A stretch of DNA of 64,000 nt from Eledone cirrhosa. Its lineage: Eukaryota. Location: NCBI GenBank assembly GCA_964016885.1, contig OZ024743.1, forward strand, positions 291,710,001 to 291,774,000, given 5' to 3'. The notes under the pieces were generated by a model, which had not been told where the DNA came from, made no database searches, and was given only the letters and a program-made list of their open reading frames with translations. Shown here one piece after another: positions 21,890-36,476 of this stretch (the first letter of the stretch is position 1; each line of letters starts with the position of its first letter). A program made the translations under genes and the position numbers.

Positions 21890-22960
21890 GGGTGCGAGGG
21901 GGTACCTGGACTGAAGTCCCTGCCACATTTCCTATAACGTCCCTTTATCCTTGCTGTCACAACAAACCCACGCACAAACACACACAAAACCCAATCCACC
22001 ACACAACACACACTCACATTAACAACATCCGTATATACCACCCAGCACACATCTACATCTGCACAAATTTAAACATCAACATACGCTTTCTTATGCATGC
22101 ATACGTATCTGGATATGCCGACAAGCATTATCGACACACCTTCCAGTTCTCAAGTCGATATGTGCTTGTATCTCTTACGCACGCGTCTGTGTTCACGTGG
22201 CACACAGTGCCGCGCCTATGGCACTGTTGGTGTGGAATGTTTCTTAACATTTATTCTGTCGTCACCACTTCCCAGCACTATCCACCTCCTGGAACATAGG
22301 GAATTCACACTTTGTAGTTTAGCCGTCTTCGGTTACATCATATCGTCGTATCTGAGGCTAAGCGGCTTCCCTTACGATCAGGCCACTTAATAAAAAATAA
22401 AGTCAACGATCGTATTCGCTACCACCATTTTCTACTTGCCCCCTCTCGGTTGCTAATATGTGTATATACATGTAGAAATTCGTATACATACGTGTACATC
22501 CCCTTAACCTTGCCAGTTCCCAGGTCCAAGCTCACTCTCACATCAACAACCACACAGGAGCCCTGCTGACACAGTCCAACACTTATCCTTCAAACATGCA
22601 GATACACCTACACGCACGCACGTACAAACACGCACACACACACGCATACGTAATGTTCACCCCACATATACAATGATTACCTCTCTTCCTAAATCTCTCC
22701 ATCGCGTAAAATACACCTTGACAAGCAATCCCCAAAATGGCTGACTCAATATGCACGTTTTTTTTCCATATGTTTTCTCATTTTTTTCACAATTCCTTCC
22801 TCATCTTCATCTTTCTTTTTCTTTTTTCTTTTTTTTATTCTAACAGTATTTTCCCATGAAGGACACGTTTCCGAAACATTAAAAATATTTTCCTGCTAGG
22901 TCAAGTGTTAAACTAATATATTTTTTCTACACTGCCTCTTTTGATTTGTTATTACTGTTT
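21890..22960 (+). mobile_element. Highly decayed PLE 3' remnant with degenerate minimal HHR (~22848-22886)
   Basis: 3' end aaaaatattttcctgctaggtcaagtgttaaactaatata resembles the reverse complement of 470-560. Confidence 0.45.
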
Positions 22961-23039
22961 ACCTATTACACATAAACAAACACACACACACGCACGCACA
23001 CACACGCACAGACACACACACACACACACAGACTCACAA

Positions 23040-23153
<114 letters not shown>

Positions 23154-23401
23154 TATATTGAGTTAGAAACTCAAAATAGTATTTTACAAGTAATAGCTCA
23201 AAGAAGAGAATCTTTCCCAGCCGTGTAATATAATTGAAATGAGAGAGATGAACGCAAATATGAGTATACATGTGTTCCAATTGCAAATGACCAAGTTAGC
23301 TAGGTTGTAAAAATACTAACTTAAAACAATATGGTTTGCCTGACTCGATTTAAAATAATGAATCAATAAAAATAACAAACCTATACCGGGCAACAGCCTT
23401 T

Positions 23402-23480
23402 GATACCCAGACAGACCCAAATCTGTGTCGCAAAAATTATTAAGTGAAAGCCACCATTCCTGTGCTCTTCAGTAGGTATC
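23402..23480 (-). ncRNA. Type-I hammerhead ribozyme (GAAA changed to GACA)
   Basis: Reverse complement reads gataccta-CTGAAGA-gc..gc-GACACAGA tttggg TCTGTC-tgggtatc. Confidence 0.75.
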
Positions 23481-23846
23481 CAGAACATTCGTACGTTTCA
23501 CTTCAAAGGATCTAAGAAAACTGAATGATGTGCTGATATAAAAGTACATGTCGCAGTGCGTAGCGCGTCTCATACTCATGCCGCTAAAAGTAGTAGCCGG
23601 GTCTATGTGCCTGAAGCTAGATCTACATAAGGAGCAGAGAATATCATATATTCAGTTAGAAACTCAAAATAGTCTTTTACAATTAAATAGCTTAGCTCAG
23701 AGAAGGGAATCTTTCCCAGCCGTCTAATATAATTGAATATATGAGAGAGATGAACACAGATATTAGTATGCATGTGTTCCAATTGCAAATGACCAAGTTA
23801 GCTTGGTCTTCTTAGACCCTTTGAAGTGAAAGGTACGAATTTTCTG

Positions 23847-23924
23847 GATACCTACTGAAGAGCACAGGAATGGTGGTTTCACTTAATAATTCTAGCGAAA
23901 CAGATTTAGGTCTATCTGGGTATC
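23847..23924 (+). ncRNA. Type-I hammerhead ribozyme
   Basis: gataccta-CTGAAGA-gc..gaat..attc..gc-GAAACAGA tttagg TCTATC-tgggtatc; 8-bp stem I. Confidence 0.8.
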
Positions 23925-24117
23925 AAAGGCTGTTGCCCGATATAGGTTTGTTTTTTTATTGATTTATTACTTTAAATGGAGTCAGGCAAACTATATTATT
24001 TTAAGTTAGTATTTTTTCAACCTATCTAACTTGGTCATTTGCAATTGGAACACATGCATATGGAACACATGCATTTGGAACACATGCATATATATATATA
24101 TTGTTATATATATATTG

Positions 24118-24207
<90 letters not shown>

Positions 24208-24490
24208 ATACTTTGGGAGGGTCATGTTGCCAATAAGAAACACAGGCACCAGTTGTTTCATTCCAATTTATTATAAATTAAATTTTTATTTAAAAAATTT
24301 ATGAATTTCCGGTTGGTTGGTTGGTTCCACAAGCGGACGGTTGTTCATATATTTTCAAAGTTCTTTCGTCACACATTCTGTGACCTCTTCAGTGACTGGA
24401 GATTCTTTTCTTTGTTTTGTGCATCTCCTTTGTTCTGTCCTACGCCATCTTGTTTTGTGTGTGTGTTGTGTGCTATATATATATATATTA

Positions 24491-24547
<57 letters not shown>

Positions 24548-24560
24548 ATGTATATATATA

Positions 24561-24881
24561 TTTTTTGTTGTGGTATGTGGACCGAGAATGTATATACACA
24601 TATAGGCATTGGCTCTATTTTTTTGTGCGCGTGGGCGTATGTGTATATCCGGGTGTAATTTGTGGGGCGGCAATGCGCTGTATATTCACCAGTTGTCATG
24701 TGCGTAATTACGTGGGCGCCCGAGCAATTAAGGTTCCGTATGTGTGTGCGCGCGCATGTGGGCGCATTTTGAAATGAGTATTACACTAGGCTATACAAAT
24801 ACGCCCATGCACAAAAATATAGGATCAATGCCTATATACATATATATATACATTCTCGGTCCACATACTATAACAGAAATA
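24561..24881. repeat. Inverted repeat (~90-bp arms 24561-24650 and 24789-24881)
   Basis: gtatgtggaccgagaatgtatata..ataggcattg vs caatgcctat..tatacattctcggtccacatac. Confidence 0.85.
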
Positions 24882-24896
24882 CATATTTTGTTGCAT

Positions 24897-24990
24897 CACC
24901 GGTCTGAGGAGCAGATCGATACTGGTGTCGAGTCCATAAATCCTATGTGTCACCTTGAGCCAGTGCTCTGCGAAACGGGCGTAACAAGTG
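24897..24990 (+). ncRNA. Type-I hammerhead ribozyme with extended stem II
   Basis: caccggt-CTGAGGA-gcaga..tactgg..ccagtg.tctgc-GAAAC gggc GTA-acaagtg. Confidence 0.75.
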
Positions 24991-26279
24991 GATACGCAAT
25001 ACATATTTTTGATATGTAAACGAAACTTCCTGTTTTATATATATATATATTCATTCTACCGGTTTCGTACAATATCCACTGGGTATAGACAGATGTGGTT
25101 TGTATATAATGTCGTTTTGCAATGCGGTTCTACTATTCCTACAATGATTTCAATCTCCTTAGATACAATTTAGGCTTATAATTATTTGGTAGTTTTTGCA
25201 AAAATATGACTACTCTGTAGTTTGTTTTCTGAAAGGAATTGATTTGTCTGCTTACGAGTTATAGCATCTTATGGATAAATGCATGAATGGATAAATATAA
25301 ACACAATAATTATTTAAAGAATTGTCTCGGCAGCACACACACACACTCACACACACATATATATATATATATAGTTATATTATATTATAATATTATATTA
25401 TATATATACATGGAATCACATATTGTGAAGTTTACGATGACACCTACCATTAAATAAAATCATACATAATCTGTATTATAGATTTGAAACAAAAAACATT
25501 TATTTCTTCATCAATCTCTGTTCTGTTACTACTTTTTTGTTTGTTTGTCATCTGTGCTCCTGTGTTTGTACTCCATTATTATACTATATACTATTTATTA
25601 TTGTTGTTTTTATTAATATTGATTTTTTTTTTCTATTCGTACAATTTCAATAGACCCTTTTCCAGTAGTACTATTGTTATTGTGTTGCTACGATACATTC
25701 ATTGTTTTATTTAGAATTCGTATTTTATCTATTATTGTATCGAATGAACTCCATGTAACATTTTTCCAGTTCTATTTTGTATGTCATATATATCTATTAG
25801 TCATCATGTTTAGAGATGCATCTGTTTTAGTCATGCCCAAGGCATCTTATTGTAGAGATTGGTTTTCTTTTCCATACTCACTTTCAGATTATTGCTATTT
25901 ATAGTTTTATATATTTTGAAAATTTCCCAATTGTTCTTTTAACTTTCAATTATTGATCTGGATGTACTTTTATTCTTAATTGTCTTTTACATTATCATAC
26001 ACTCTAGGTTGATTTCTAGTCAGACAATTCTGGGTACTACCACGTCACCGATTTCTTCAAGTAAGCAAAATCCATTGGTCAATTACAGAAAAAGAATGAA
26101 TGTTTGGCGTCTGAAATATTTCTAGATTTTAGTGCACCCTAACGGCAAGGCAATGTCGTCGAAGGAAATACAACCTTCCTGGGGATGGGGATTGTGGCAG
26201 CTACTATCGCATGTAGGGTGGATTTCTGTATCAAGCGTGCAAGATGGCAGGTGAATCTTCTAATTTAGTAGTCTATAGG

Positions 26280-26650
26280 TTAGTAGTTATGTGGTATATT
26301 GACGATTTCTTACGGCCCGGGTCTATGGTTAACAGAAATTCCCGACTTGGCAGAGTCACTGGTTGTAGTTATTGGATCAAGATAGATACTAACTGAAAAG
26401 ATGTGCTGTCTAAGATACGCGGAGGCAGCCGAAATATTTCTGCGCGTATTTGTTCAGGTTACAAGTATTGATTATGTATGGAATTATGTCGAACAATGGT
26501 TGTCACGTACTCGACTGATCTATCTATTGATTGTGTATAACGTCAATTTGGCACAGCCAACCGTTTGTAAACAGGATATGTAACCAGTATCATTTTGTCT
26601 CTTGTCTCTGGCGTAAGGAGATTTGCTGTGGATGAAGCTAAGATGAATAA
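26280..26650 (+). mobile_element. Possible ancient Tc1/mariner transposase remnant
   Basis: SIDYVWNYVEQ resembles the mariner C-terminal PLDYxVWxxxE motif; nothing else recognisable. Confidence 0.25.
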
Positions 26651-27067
26651 AATAAACACTTTATTTTTCTGTAAAGTTTCATTTACAATCAGGGGTAGGG
26701 ATGGAGGAGAGTGTGTTTGATTTTCCCAGAAAATTTCTCAATGTGTAGATAAAAGGAACAAAAATTGTAAACGTGAATAGAATCACACTCTAAATGTGTG
26801 TCTGTGAGTCAGAGAATGATAGTTGTGAAAGGTCTTTTGTCTATGGTGGTCATGGGTATCTTGACTTTGTTGCGTTTCTTCATTGTCACTTGGAAATGTT
26901 TATTTGACAGGATGATGAAACACTTACGTGTATATTATGTAAAATATATTACTCTGTTCAATTTCCTCATATCGATTGAACAAGCTTTATGTAAATTGCC
27001 ACTGTAATATTTCGTAATGAATCATCTATTCTTATTTTTGTGGTTGATTCTATTATGATTATTGTAG

Positions 27068-27265
27068 TGGATTGGCAGAATAAGCAGAACCTCAGGCAAT
27101 ATGCCTTATGGGTTGGTTCCTAATTGCATCCATTTTGGTGTTAAAATCTTGCCGAGCACAGATTTGCCTTCAAACCTTCTGTCTAATACGGGAACCAGTT
27201 TACTTAACCTTCCATCCACAAATTGGTGACCTTGTATTTAAATTAGAAACCAAAATTATAATTGT
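27068..27265 (+). mobile_element. Old diverged SINE copy
   Basis: ggattggcagaat head and gaccttgtatttaaattagaaacc tail. Confidence 0.55.
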
Positions 27266-27662
27266 TATTACTGTTATTGAGACTTGTTGGTATCTTATAG
27301 ATTCGTAAAGTGCATTATATATGTGTAAAACAATGTTATATTTCCTATAATACAATCCAACATTATCTATTATGAAACCACACTCGGAAATAAATAGACA
27401 CGATAAAGTCGAGCACAGCACTAAAATAACAAGTATGACAACAACGACGTCATCAAGTAGTAGTAGTAGTATATGAAGAACGTTTTTTTTTTATGATCAG
27501 CTTAAAGTTAAACCTTAAACCACACTGAATGCATATCTCGAACCTAAAGATATTGGATGAAAATCTGAAGGCGCAGATTGATAACACTAGTATGGTGGAA
27601 ATTCTAGACAACATCATAATGATTATGATAATTAAAATCATCTATAATGTGGAGGAGGAGGA

Positions 27663-27774
27663 CAAGAAGAAGAAGAAGAAGAAGAAGAAGAAGAAGAAGA
27701 AGAAGAAGAAGAAGAAGAAGAAGAAGAAGAAGAAGAAGAAGAAGAAGAAGAAGAAGAAGAAGAAGAAGAAGAAG

Positions 27775-27806
<32 letters not shown>

Positions 27807-27880
27807 AAACAAACACAAAAGGAAGAAGAAAGTCGATGATGATGATGAGGTTGTTGATGACGACTATGATGATGATAATG
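27663..27880 (+). repeat. Compound trinucleotide microsatellite (GAA)n-(CAA)n-(GAT)n
   Basis: Direct reading; pure GAA run of about 110 bp. Confidence 0.97.
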
Positions 27881-30699
27881 ATTGTATTCGAAAGTGAAAT
27901 ATATGCATCAATAGAAAGTCGTAAATATTCCTCTAGAATGTATTTCAAAGTTTTCTTAGTTTTTTCTTATGTTCGCTTTATCCTAAAGCTCTTAAATATT
28001 TGTGAATATTAGAAGAAATACTGTCCATATCGGATAATAATTTCATTAAGGCCGACAGCAATCGATTTCATGTGAACGGAATATTTCGCCCGCTTCAAAA
28101 TGGCGTTTCTTCAACGAGAGTCACGTCTTTTCCTCATATGTCAAAAGAAGGAGTTATTGAAGCTAATATAATCACATTATATTTCAAATAATGTTTCAAG
28201 TATACATCTATTTTTACTCTTTCATATTTTTTTTATTTTCAATTTGTAGTTTGCTGGAGTTATTATTGTGTTTGCTTCTAGACAAATTGCATTATGGTAT
28301 AAAACATGTTCAAAGACAACGATGAATAAATATAAAAAAATAAAGCAAATGAATAAAATATTCGACTTTAAAATGTTGATGCTATTATAATCAAAGATCT
28401 ACAGATAGTAGTTTAAACGCAGCTGTCTTGTGTCTGTTGAATAATTTTGTAACAGAATATTAGTGAACATCCGCACTGCTTCAGCTGCAATGATGTACGG
28501 CAGAAAAAGCAATATCTAACATGAAACAAACGTCAAATAAAAACATTAAACGAGAAATACTAATAAACATTTACAGGAAGTTATTTGTGAAGTGATAACT
28601 TCTTTATTGGGGGGGGGGTCTATTGTCTATTATTTAAAGCCATTTTATAATTGTATACATTAAAGTGTGTGGGGGAAGGGGGTCAATGATATTAGTAGTT
28701 TAAGCACAACGTTTATGATTCAATATCCAAATAAGAGCGTTTCGGTATGATTCTGGTATAGTAATATACCTCCTTGCATCTTTGATTACTAGTTATGAGA
28801 TTATTTGAAAGAATGCAAGTGATAAACTACGATCCTATCAGGATACAAGGCTTTCAAATGTTTTATCATATCATAACTCTATAGAAACCAGATTGTACTA
28901 TACGTCATATCGATCGAAAGAGTATCCAAATTGTAAATCGTCTTGAAAAGGAAACATGTACACGTTAGTGTAATGGTAGATATACTATCGAGGAATAACA
29001 TAGTTAGGTCAGAACATTTTGTAATCATAGGTTCCAAGAATTAGGTCCAACTACAAAAATATTCTGTTCTGTGGAGTTGTATGATTCGTGAGGTAATTGT
29101 TTAATATACGCACATACTTCAGATACTGTTATACAAAATATTATACGATTTGAAATTAACGGCAGAGGTCTACTTTTGTCATACCACGTTGTTTATAATA
29201 GTTATCGGAATTTCTAATGAATTTCTGACGATAGAATGCTGTTTAGTTTAGTCACTCAATAATTTCTTCCTTAATGGTTTCACTATAGCCGAGTATAGAG
29301 ACACCATCTAACATAAAAAAGTGCATCATCTATAAATTAAATGAGTGCAATATTGGAATAAGGATGAAATTAAAGCTTTGATATATTTGTTGAGTGAAAG
29401 TAATGGCCAACAATTTCATCTTGCTGTATTGAAAACAAATATTTCGCAAATTTTGAATGATTTCTAAGCAGACAATAAATTTGACATTTCGAGTAAAACA
29501 CTTCATCGTGGAGAGGAAACGTTTACCATATCAGTCATAGGATAAGATATGGGAAGACGTTTGTTCGCTCTCCAATGAAAGCATCTAGTTTGCTAGACAG
29601 AATATTTATGTATGTGGAACATAATAATTTGATACTACAGGATCTTAAATTGTTATTTTAGAGAATCCATATAAATGATAGTTGCATCGAAGGTATAATG
29701 GTTTCGCGAAAAATATGTTATTACATTCTTGTTTTGACTTATGAAACTGCAGCTGTTGTAAAGAAAATTGTATCATTTGGAAATGAAGCAATAAAGCAAC
29801 TATCGCTGTTAAGGCTGGAGGTTCTGCTTTTATACAGTGACAATTAGACAGACAGAATAGTTTGAGGTTGTAAATCTCTTCCAAGGTATCCTAATGTGTT
29901 ACTGTATTATGCAGAATAAACGATTATAAAAATTAATGATACTAAATTTAATTCTATTTTCAGTAGTATATTATGGCCAGGCGCAGATTTAAGTTGTGTA
30001 ATAATGCTGTGAATATTTTCAAATATGCTTGCTATTGAATGTATAATATTTAATATTTGACTTCGTAGCCAATGTATGGGAAAGGTGAAAATACACCACT
30101 GATCTGCAAGAAAGATTTAAATAAAATGAAATGAAATAAATTATGTTAAATTGTACATGTTACTTTACTGTTTGAGAGGATAGATTAAGTAAAAGAATCT
30201 AGGAATTAAATAGGATAATTAATCATTTGAAATCAGTGCATAAATGGTAGAACAATTAATATAGACATATTTCCTACTTCTACAACAGATATCACGTAAC
30301 ATTAACAAAAATACTAAAATCAGATTAATAAGACTATAGGATGAACAAATAATTCCGCAATATATTGATTATGAAACAAAACTAAGTAATTATTTATAAG
30401 ATGTATTTACGCGATACTCTAAAGTGGTTTGAAGTTTACAAGCTGTTTGAATAACATTCGGATTCGGGACTGACAGATAATTAATTATATGTATATTTAT
30501 ATATATATATAAATATAAAGCCAAAACATAAAGCCAAAAAAACAAAAAAAGCATAAGGCTCAAAAGCTCTTCACTCACAAAATTCAGGCAGCACACACAC
30601 AAAAAACACTTCCACAACAATGCCAACTCGAACTCTACCACTATCACCAAGCGCAAAATACCACAGCAAACACAATAACAAAACCAAATACACTACTAC

Positions 30700-33200
30700 G
30701 AGCTAAGAAATAGGGCCAACAAGGATTTGATGGTCCTGAAGACATGAAGGCAAGACATGGAAAAGAAGGGGAACATATTTGTCACCAACACATTTCGCGT
30801 AACTGAGGATCTAATCAGGTAGGTATGTTAATCGGTGCATACAAAGAGATCAGGCACAATGGAACCCCGTATATGAAACCCACATCAAGACTTGTAAAGG
30901 TGTTCCCAAAAGAAACCACACCATCCATTGAGGTCGACCCATCCGCCCTCCACAAGCCCCCAGGAGGTAAGTACACATTTGCTCTAACTTTTAAACTGCT
31001 AACATGGCCATTTTATGAGAAGGATGTTATGTTCATGGAATGGGGTCATCCTGGAAGAAGGGTCGATGGTGAAAGTCCTCAGGGCACTCGATATGGATGT
31101 GACAGCCGTTAGCGAGACCAGACTTCCGACACAAACGCACATTTTCGATGACTATCAGATATTCACACCCCTTAGTCTACCCTGAATGAGAGGTGGGGAA
31201 GAAGTACTGTTAAGGATGGCCTGGGTTTCGTGTTACGGACGATCTTCCTGGACCCGGACTGTAAGTTGGTGAACCTGGACGTGAGTAATAATGAAGGTGA
31301 TGCATTTAGACATGTGGCTGTCTACGCCCTTACCGGGTCGGACGGCCGGATTTCTTCAGACGCCTGGAAGTCTATCTGGGAAAGTCTCACACTTTATTGG
31401 TAGCGGGGCACTGGAACGAAAGCTTAGATCCTCGCTGGGATTGTGTGGGAGTAGCTGATAGGAGCGGAAGGTGGAAAAGCCTCAAGTATTTGATCAGGCA
31501 GTTCTGACCGTCTGACTGTTACCAACGAGATTTCACTAATACACCAATATGGCCCTGGCCCTGGACATAGGTCATCAAGATCGTATGTAGATAGGTTTTT
31601 AATAGGTCAATAGATAACTATAGTACAGGTTGTACGAATTTACAAACGGTCGCCTACTCCTTTCAGAAGTTTGTGACATGCATCGTCAATATAGATAGGA
31701 GAAGCAGGTTAGGACCTCGTTACTGGAATCTGATGGTGTCGTTCCCGACACGTAAAACTTACAGGAGCCCAGTCAACAATTTAGTTAACAATGGTTGAGA
31801 AGGGGTCGTCTACAACAGGCGGTGGGGTCTCTCAAAACAGAAATTAGAGTAATGTCGATAGGTTTTAGCAAAGAAGGAGCGGGAGAAAAGAATAGAAAAG
31901 AGTGGATGCTAGTAGCTAAATTAGATGAGGCTATTTGTATTGGCATTTGACAATTTCTTCAATGCGAAACAAGAAGGCTGCATTATCTGGCTAAGGCGCA
32001 TGTTTTAAGAAACGAGGGAAACAAAAATGTTCATTGGGCCCGCGTTGGAGAGGCTCACCAAGGTAACAAAACCGCAATTTCGTTTTGACGGATAGAAACG
32101 AACGCGAGCCGAAAGGTTCCTGTCAGATGTGTCAGGTCTTTTGTCAGCACATTGCCCAGCTGTTAGAGGAGAGGGGACGGAGATAGCTACAGATTTCAGT
32201 CCCCACCACAATGGCTTACCGCGTCACTTGCCAGTCGCATCTGAGCGCTGCGAAAGGCATATAACTTCAGCCGAGATTTGGGATGCCGTAGCTGTCACCC
32301 AGTTTGAATGCTCTGCCCTACGAGCTTTTAGAAGATATGCCAGGCTTGTTCTCCGATCTCCCCGCAGTTCTCCACTGCAACTGGTAGCAGAAAGGGAGTA
32401 TTCGCAGTTCTGTAAACCAGGGCATACTGACGCTGATAAGGAAAAGGTATACAAGAGGGACACGTTAGATAACTTCAGGCCCATTACTCTGCTAAACATC
32501 GAGTTTAAGATGTTGGCCAAATTGTTAGCGAAGAGGTTGGTACTCGTCGTCGGGGATTTGGTAGGAGAGGCGCAAACTTGCACAATCCCGACCAAGTCTA
32601 TACACGACAACAACCACCTAATGCGGTACATCATATTGAGAGTAAGATGTAAACATGACTTCGGTGGGGCTCTGATCAATGTAGATCAATCGAAAGCTTT
32701 CGATATGTTCGAGCATAAATACCTAGAGGCTGTCCTTAAGGCAGTTGGCTTCGGCCTCGTCGTCAGAGGCTGGATCACTGCAATGAATAGTGGCAGCCAT
32801 TTTTCGGAACCGTTTCAGATCTCCCACTCTGTCCGTCAAATGTGCGTCTCTCCTTCCTTCGGTACATATTGACTCTGGAGCCTTTACTACGGAAGCTGAA
32901 ACTGTTGCAGAGCATCCCACTCAAACTGGGACGGGGAAAAGCTGTGTCAGCAAATGCAGTCAACATACCCGTGATGGTGTCGCGCACGTTAGTAATCCAG
33001 GTGGTCAGCTCCTTCTTAGACAAATATGGTAGTTTGATAGGATCAAAAGTAAACCCAGAAAAGTCAGTGAACAAATGTGGTAGCTGCTTGTGGGACAGAA
33101 CATTCCACAGCTCTTCTCTCCAACTGAGTTGCAGTCCTGAGTCAAGGAGAGACCAAGAATGGTTGAATGGCATCTGTAATGTTGCCAAGCGCTGACTGTT
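30700..33200 (+). pseudogene. Decayed Tx1/L1-clade LINE: ORF1 remnant, APE endonuclease and RT
   Basis: AGHWNESLDPRWD, SRSYVDRFL, GPRYWNL (APE); NFRPITLLNIEFKMLAKLLAKRL, QTCTIPTKSIHDN, DQSKAFD, SVRQ..LTLEPLLRKL (RT). Confidence 0.88.
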
Positions 33201-33504
33201 TTCTACCCATAGGCAGATCTCACACAATGCAGCCTCGACAGATGTATACTGCTTGATTATGGCCGACAATTGATACAACCAGGACACCATAGTGAAATAC
33301 CAATATATGAAACATTACATTATGTAACATTCTCTCCTTATTTTAATTTATATTCCTTTGAAGTTCCGGTGAGCCGCTCTGTTTTAAATATGTTAATTAT
33401 TTTCAACTGAACCAGATCAATAATGATATATAGTCATCTGATCCAGAAATATTATATGGAGTTGCGAAGCAATTGTAAACGGACATTATTATTATTAATA
33501 TTAA

Positions 33505-33722
33505 GGGCGATGGATTGGCAGTATCGGTAGAGGGTCGGACGCCATGCTTTCCAGCATAGTTACGTCCCTTTACAATCTAAGTTCAAATCCCGCTGAGGTT
33601 GACTTTGCCTTTCATCCTTACGGGGTCGATAAAATAAAGTACCAGTAATCCAGTGGGTAATTGGTGGCCTTGTGCCTAAAGTAGAAACAATTATTATTAA
33701 TATTATTATTATTATTATTATT
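33505..33722 (+). mobile_element. tRNA-derived SINE, full length, with (ATT)n tail
   Basis: A-box tggcagtatcgg, B-box gttcaaatccc; near-identical copies at 48277 and 59436. Confidence 0.9.
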
Positions 33723-34005
33723 CTCTACATTCCTTACATCAAACTAAAATATGTTGACAATCTTTCAATAATGTCTTCTTTGTGGAATTTGTGGTCTTGT
33801 TTTGCTTAACTAAAGAATATTTCCAGCTCTTCACGCTAACTTCTGCATCAACCCAGCCACCTAGCTGCTTTCTACTGCATATTGCACATTGAGCACATGC
33901 CTTTACGCTTTGGCTTCTAACTAATTCACCAATCTCCCCTCACCTATTACCATCTCTCTCTTTAAGATTAGTTACTCTTGAACTGTATATATTATATATA
34001 TATAT

Positions 34006-34078
<73 letters not shown>

Positions 34079-34084
<6 letters not shown>

Positions 34085-34407
34085 TAAACGGAAAAGAAAA
34101 TGCTGACAAATTGTTCCCAGTGAAAAAATAGTTTAATTAGGAATAAGTAAAAATTAGTAATAGTATTGGTTAGTATTCAGTTTTGGTTTTAAGTTTTACC
34201 GGTTGCGCATTTCTAATGCTTTTCAAAAATAATTTTGAGATAGAGCCCGTGATGTTTGCTCTAATCTGATTAGTTTTGGAATTCTACCTGTTTTATGTGA
34301 AAAAAGTGGCTCCAGATGTATTAAAATATATTTTAACATGTTAAAATATCCTCCACACACGTACAGACACATTCCTACTGACCATCCCTCTACCACGAAT
34401 TACTCTG

Positions 34408-34458
<51 letters not shown>

Positions 34459-34982
34459 TTAATAGGCATTTGAACTGTCAACAGGATGCGGTTCGCACAC
34501 ACATCCCTGCCGACCATTATCACAACAACGAACCTCTTTACTACTACTACTACACACACACACACACATATTTGTTTTGAAAGACTTATTTTTCAGTGAC
34601 TTCTCAATCAGCCGACACAAACCTACATTTGGCGCAAAATCAATTTTTAACATTCACATGACCTCTACCGACCAATCAAAATTGTTTTGACCACAAGAAT
34701 TTTTGCAACACGAATTGGCGCGATACTTATTTTAATACATCTGGAGCCACTTTTTTCACATAAAACAGGTAGAATTTCCAAAACTAATCAGATTAGAGCA
34801 AACATCACGGGCGCTCTATCTCAAAATTATTTTTGAAAAGCATTAGAAATGCGCAACCGGTAGAACTTAAAACCAAAATTGAATACTAACCAATACTATT
34901 ACTAATTTTTACTTATTCCTAATTAAACTATTTTTCACTGGGAACAATTTGTCAGCATTTTCTTTTCCGTTTACCAATATAT
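34079..34982. mobile_element. PLE 3'-end fragment with ~250-bp terminal inverted arms (34079-34328 and 34728-34980)
   Basis: Arms are near-perfect reverse complements; spacer and right arm resemble the 3' UTR of the PLE at 41160-42235; HHR-like motif in each arm. Confidence 0.85.
34829..34866 (+). ncRNA. Minimal hammerhead-like motif with U3-A8 core (mirror copy at 34194-34230, minus)
   Basis: ttt-TTGAAAA-gcatt aga aatgc-GCAAC cg GTA-gaa; palindromic stem III ACCGGT; A13 replaced by C. Confidence 0.55.
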
Positions 34983-35012
34983 CATAACTCGTGTGTTACA
35001 CCTCTATTCTTT

Positions 35013-35083
<71 letters not shown>

Positions 35084-36327
35084 GCATAGATATATACATG
35101 ATACTTACCTGCATACATACACACACTCGTTCGTACGCACGCATACATGTGTTGGAGATCTGTCGGGTTCGGGGATGAGCGTTGCTGTTGTTTTATCAAC
35201 AGAACAGCCTGCTCATAAAGTTAGCTCAGCAATTCTTAGAAATAAGAACAATAAACAAATTCATAGAAACAATACCCGCCCCTTTTATATATCATATGAT
35301 CAAATGCCTGTTGCTATCAATTAGTTGGCTTATAGACTTAAATATTAATAAAGGTTATGCAGTTTATCTCACTCGATTGTTTCCATTAGAATGTGGGGCT
35401 TGTAATCGGTTGTTTAGAGATATTCCTCATGTTTCACATATTTTATGTACATTTCAAAGAAACCCCCAACCACAAGTATTTTCTCCGCATCTCTGTTTTT
35501 TTGTGTGACTGTGTAAAAGCGGGTATGTATTTTTTACGCATGCATTATTATGTTTGTCGGTATCTATATCCGTCTCTGTATTTATTAACACTTCGCTGTT
35601 CTTTCGAAAATATGAGCGACTCCATATATTAAGTTCGATGAGATACATCCCAGTATGAAATAAATAAGAGCCGATCAAGTGAAATATGTTAGGTGGTACT
35701 GCAGCATGGCCATATCTATAAGGTAATCAAGAGAATACTAACTAAATAATGCACACAGCTTCAAACACTCTGAGATCTACATATACACACACACGCGTGG
35801 CACTTTTGTGTAATTTAAGCATTCGCTTTACAACCACTTATGTTTAGTTGACCAATTTAAATTTTATATATGAAAACAGAAATTCTACGGAAGCATGCTT
35901 TATACATATATGAATGTATGCAATTCCTCCTAGAAGCGTATTCATTGCATATTTATTCAATATACACACTGCGATGTACACACTACCAACTATATAGGTG
36001 GCGTCATGAATGAGGTTTTTTTAATTCGATAATATAAATTTCAATCTTTACATATATTTTAAATGTCTATGACTTAGCTGATCGATCGCTATTCATGGAA
36101 TCACTACGCAGTAGGAGATATGAACAAACAGCCACGTAAATACGTACACAAAGGGAAATACCTGAACATACGAACAGAACTACATAACTATATCTCTCTC
36201 ACTCTATGCATCTCTCTCTCTCTCTATCTATCTTTCTATCTATCTATCTATATATAATTATATATATGAATTAATATCTAGCTTTCGAAACGGCCGGAGC
36301 TCAGCTGTCGGTGTCCGGTCTCTTTTC

Positions 36328-36476
<149 letters not shown>

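Noticed and set aside
27529-28012. Poly-K, poly-R and poly-L ORFs
   Set aside because: Trinucleotide microsatellite read in different frames
29640-29900. Possible minus-strand host terminal exon (ag|GYLGRDLQPQTILSV*)
   Set aside because: Very short, no recognisable homology or partner exons; needs RNA-seq
33505-33600. tRNA gene
   Set aside because: A and B boxes belong to a multi-copy SINE head; no complete cloverleaf
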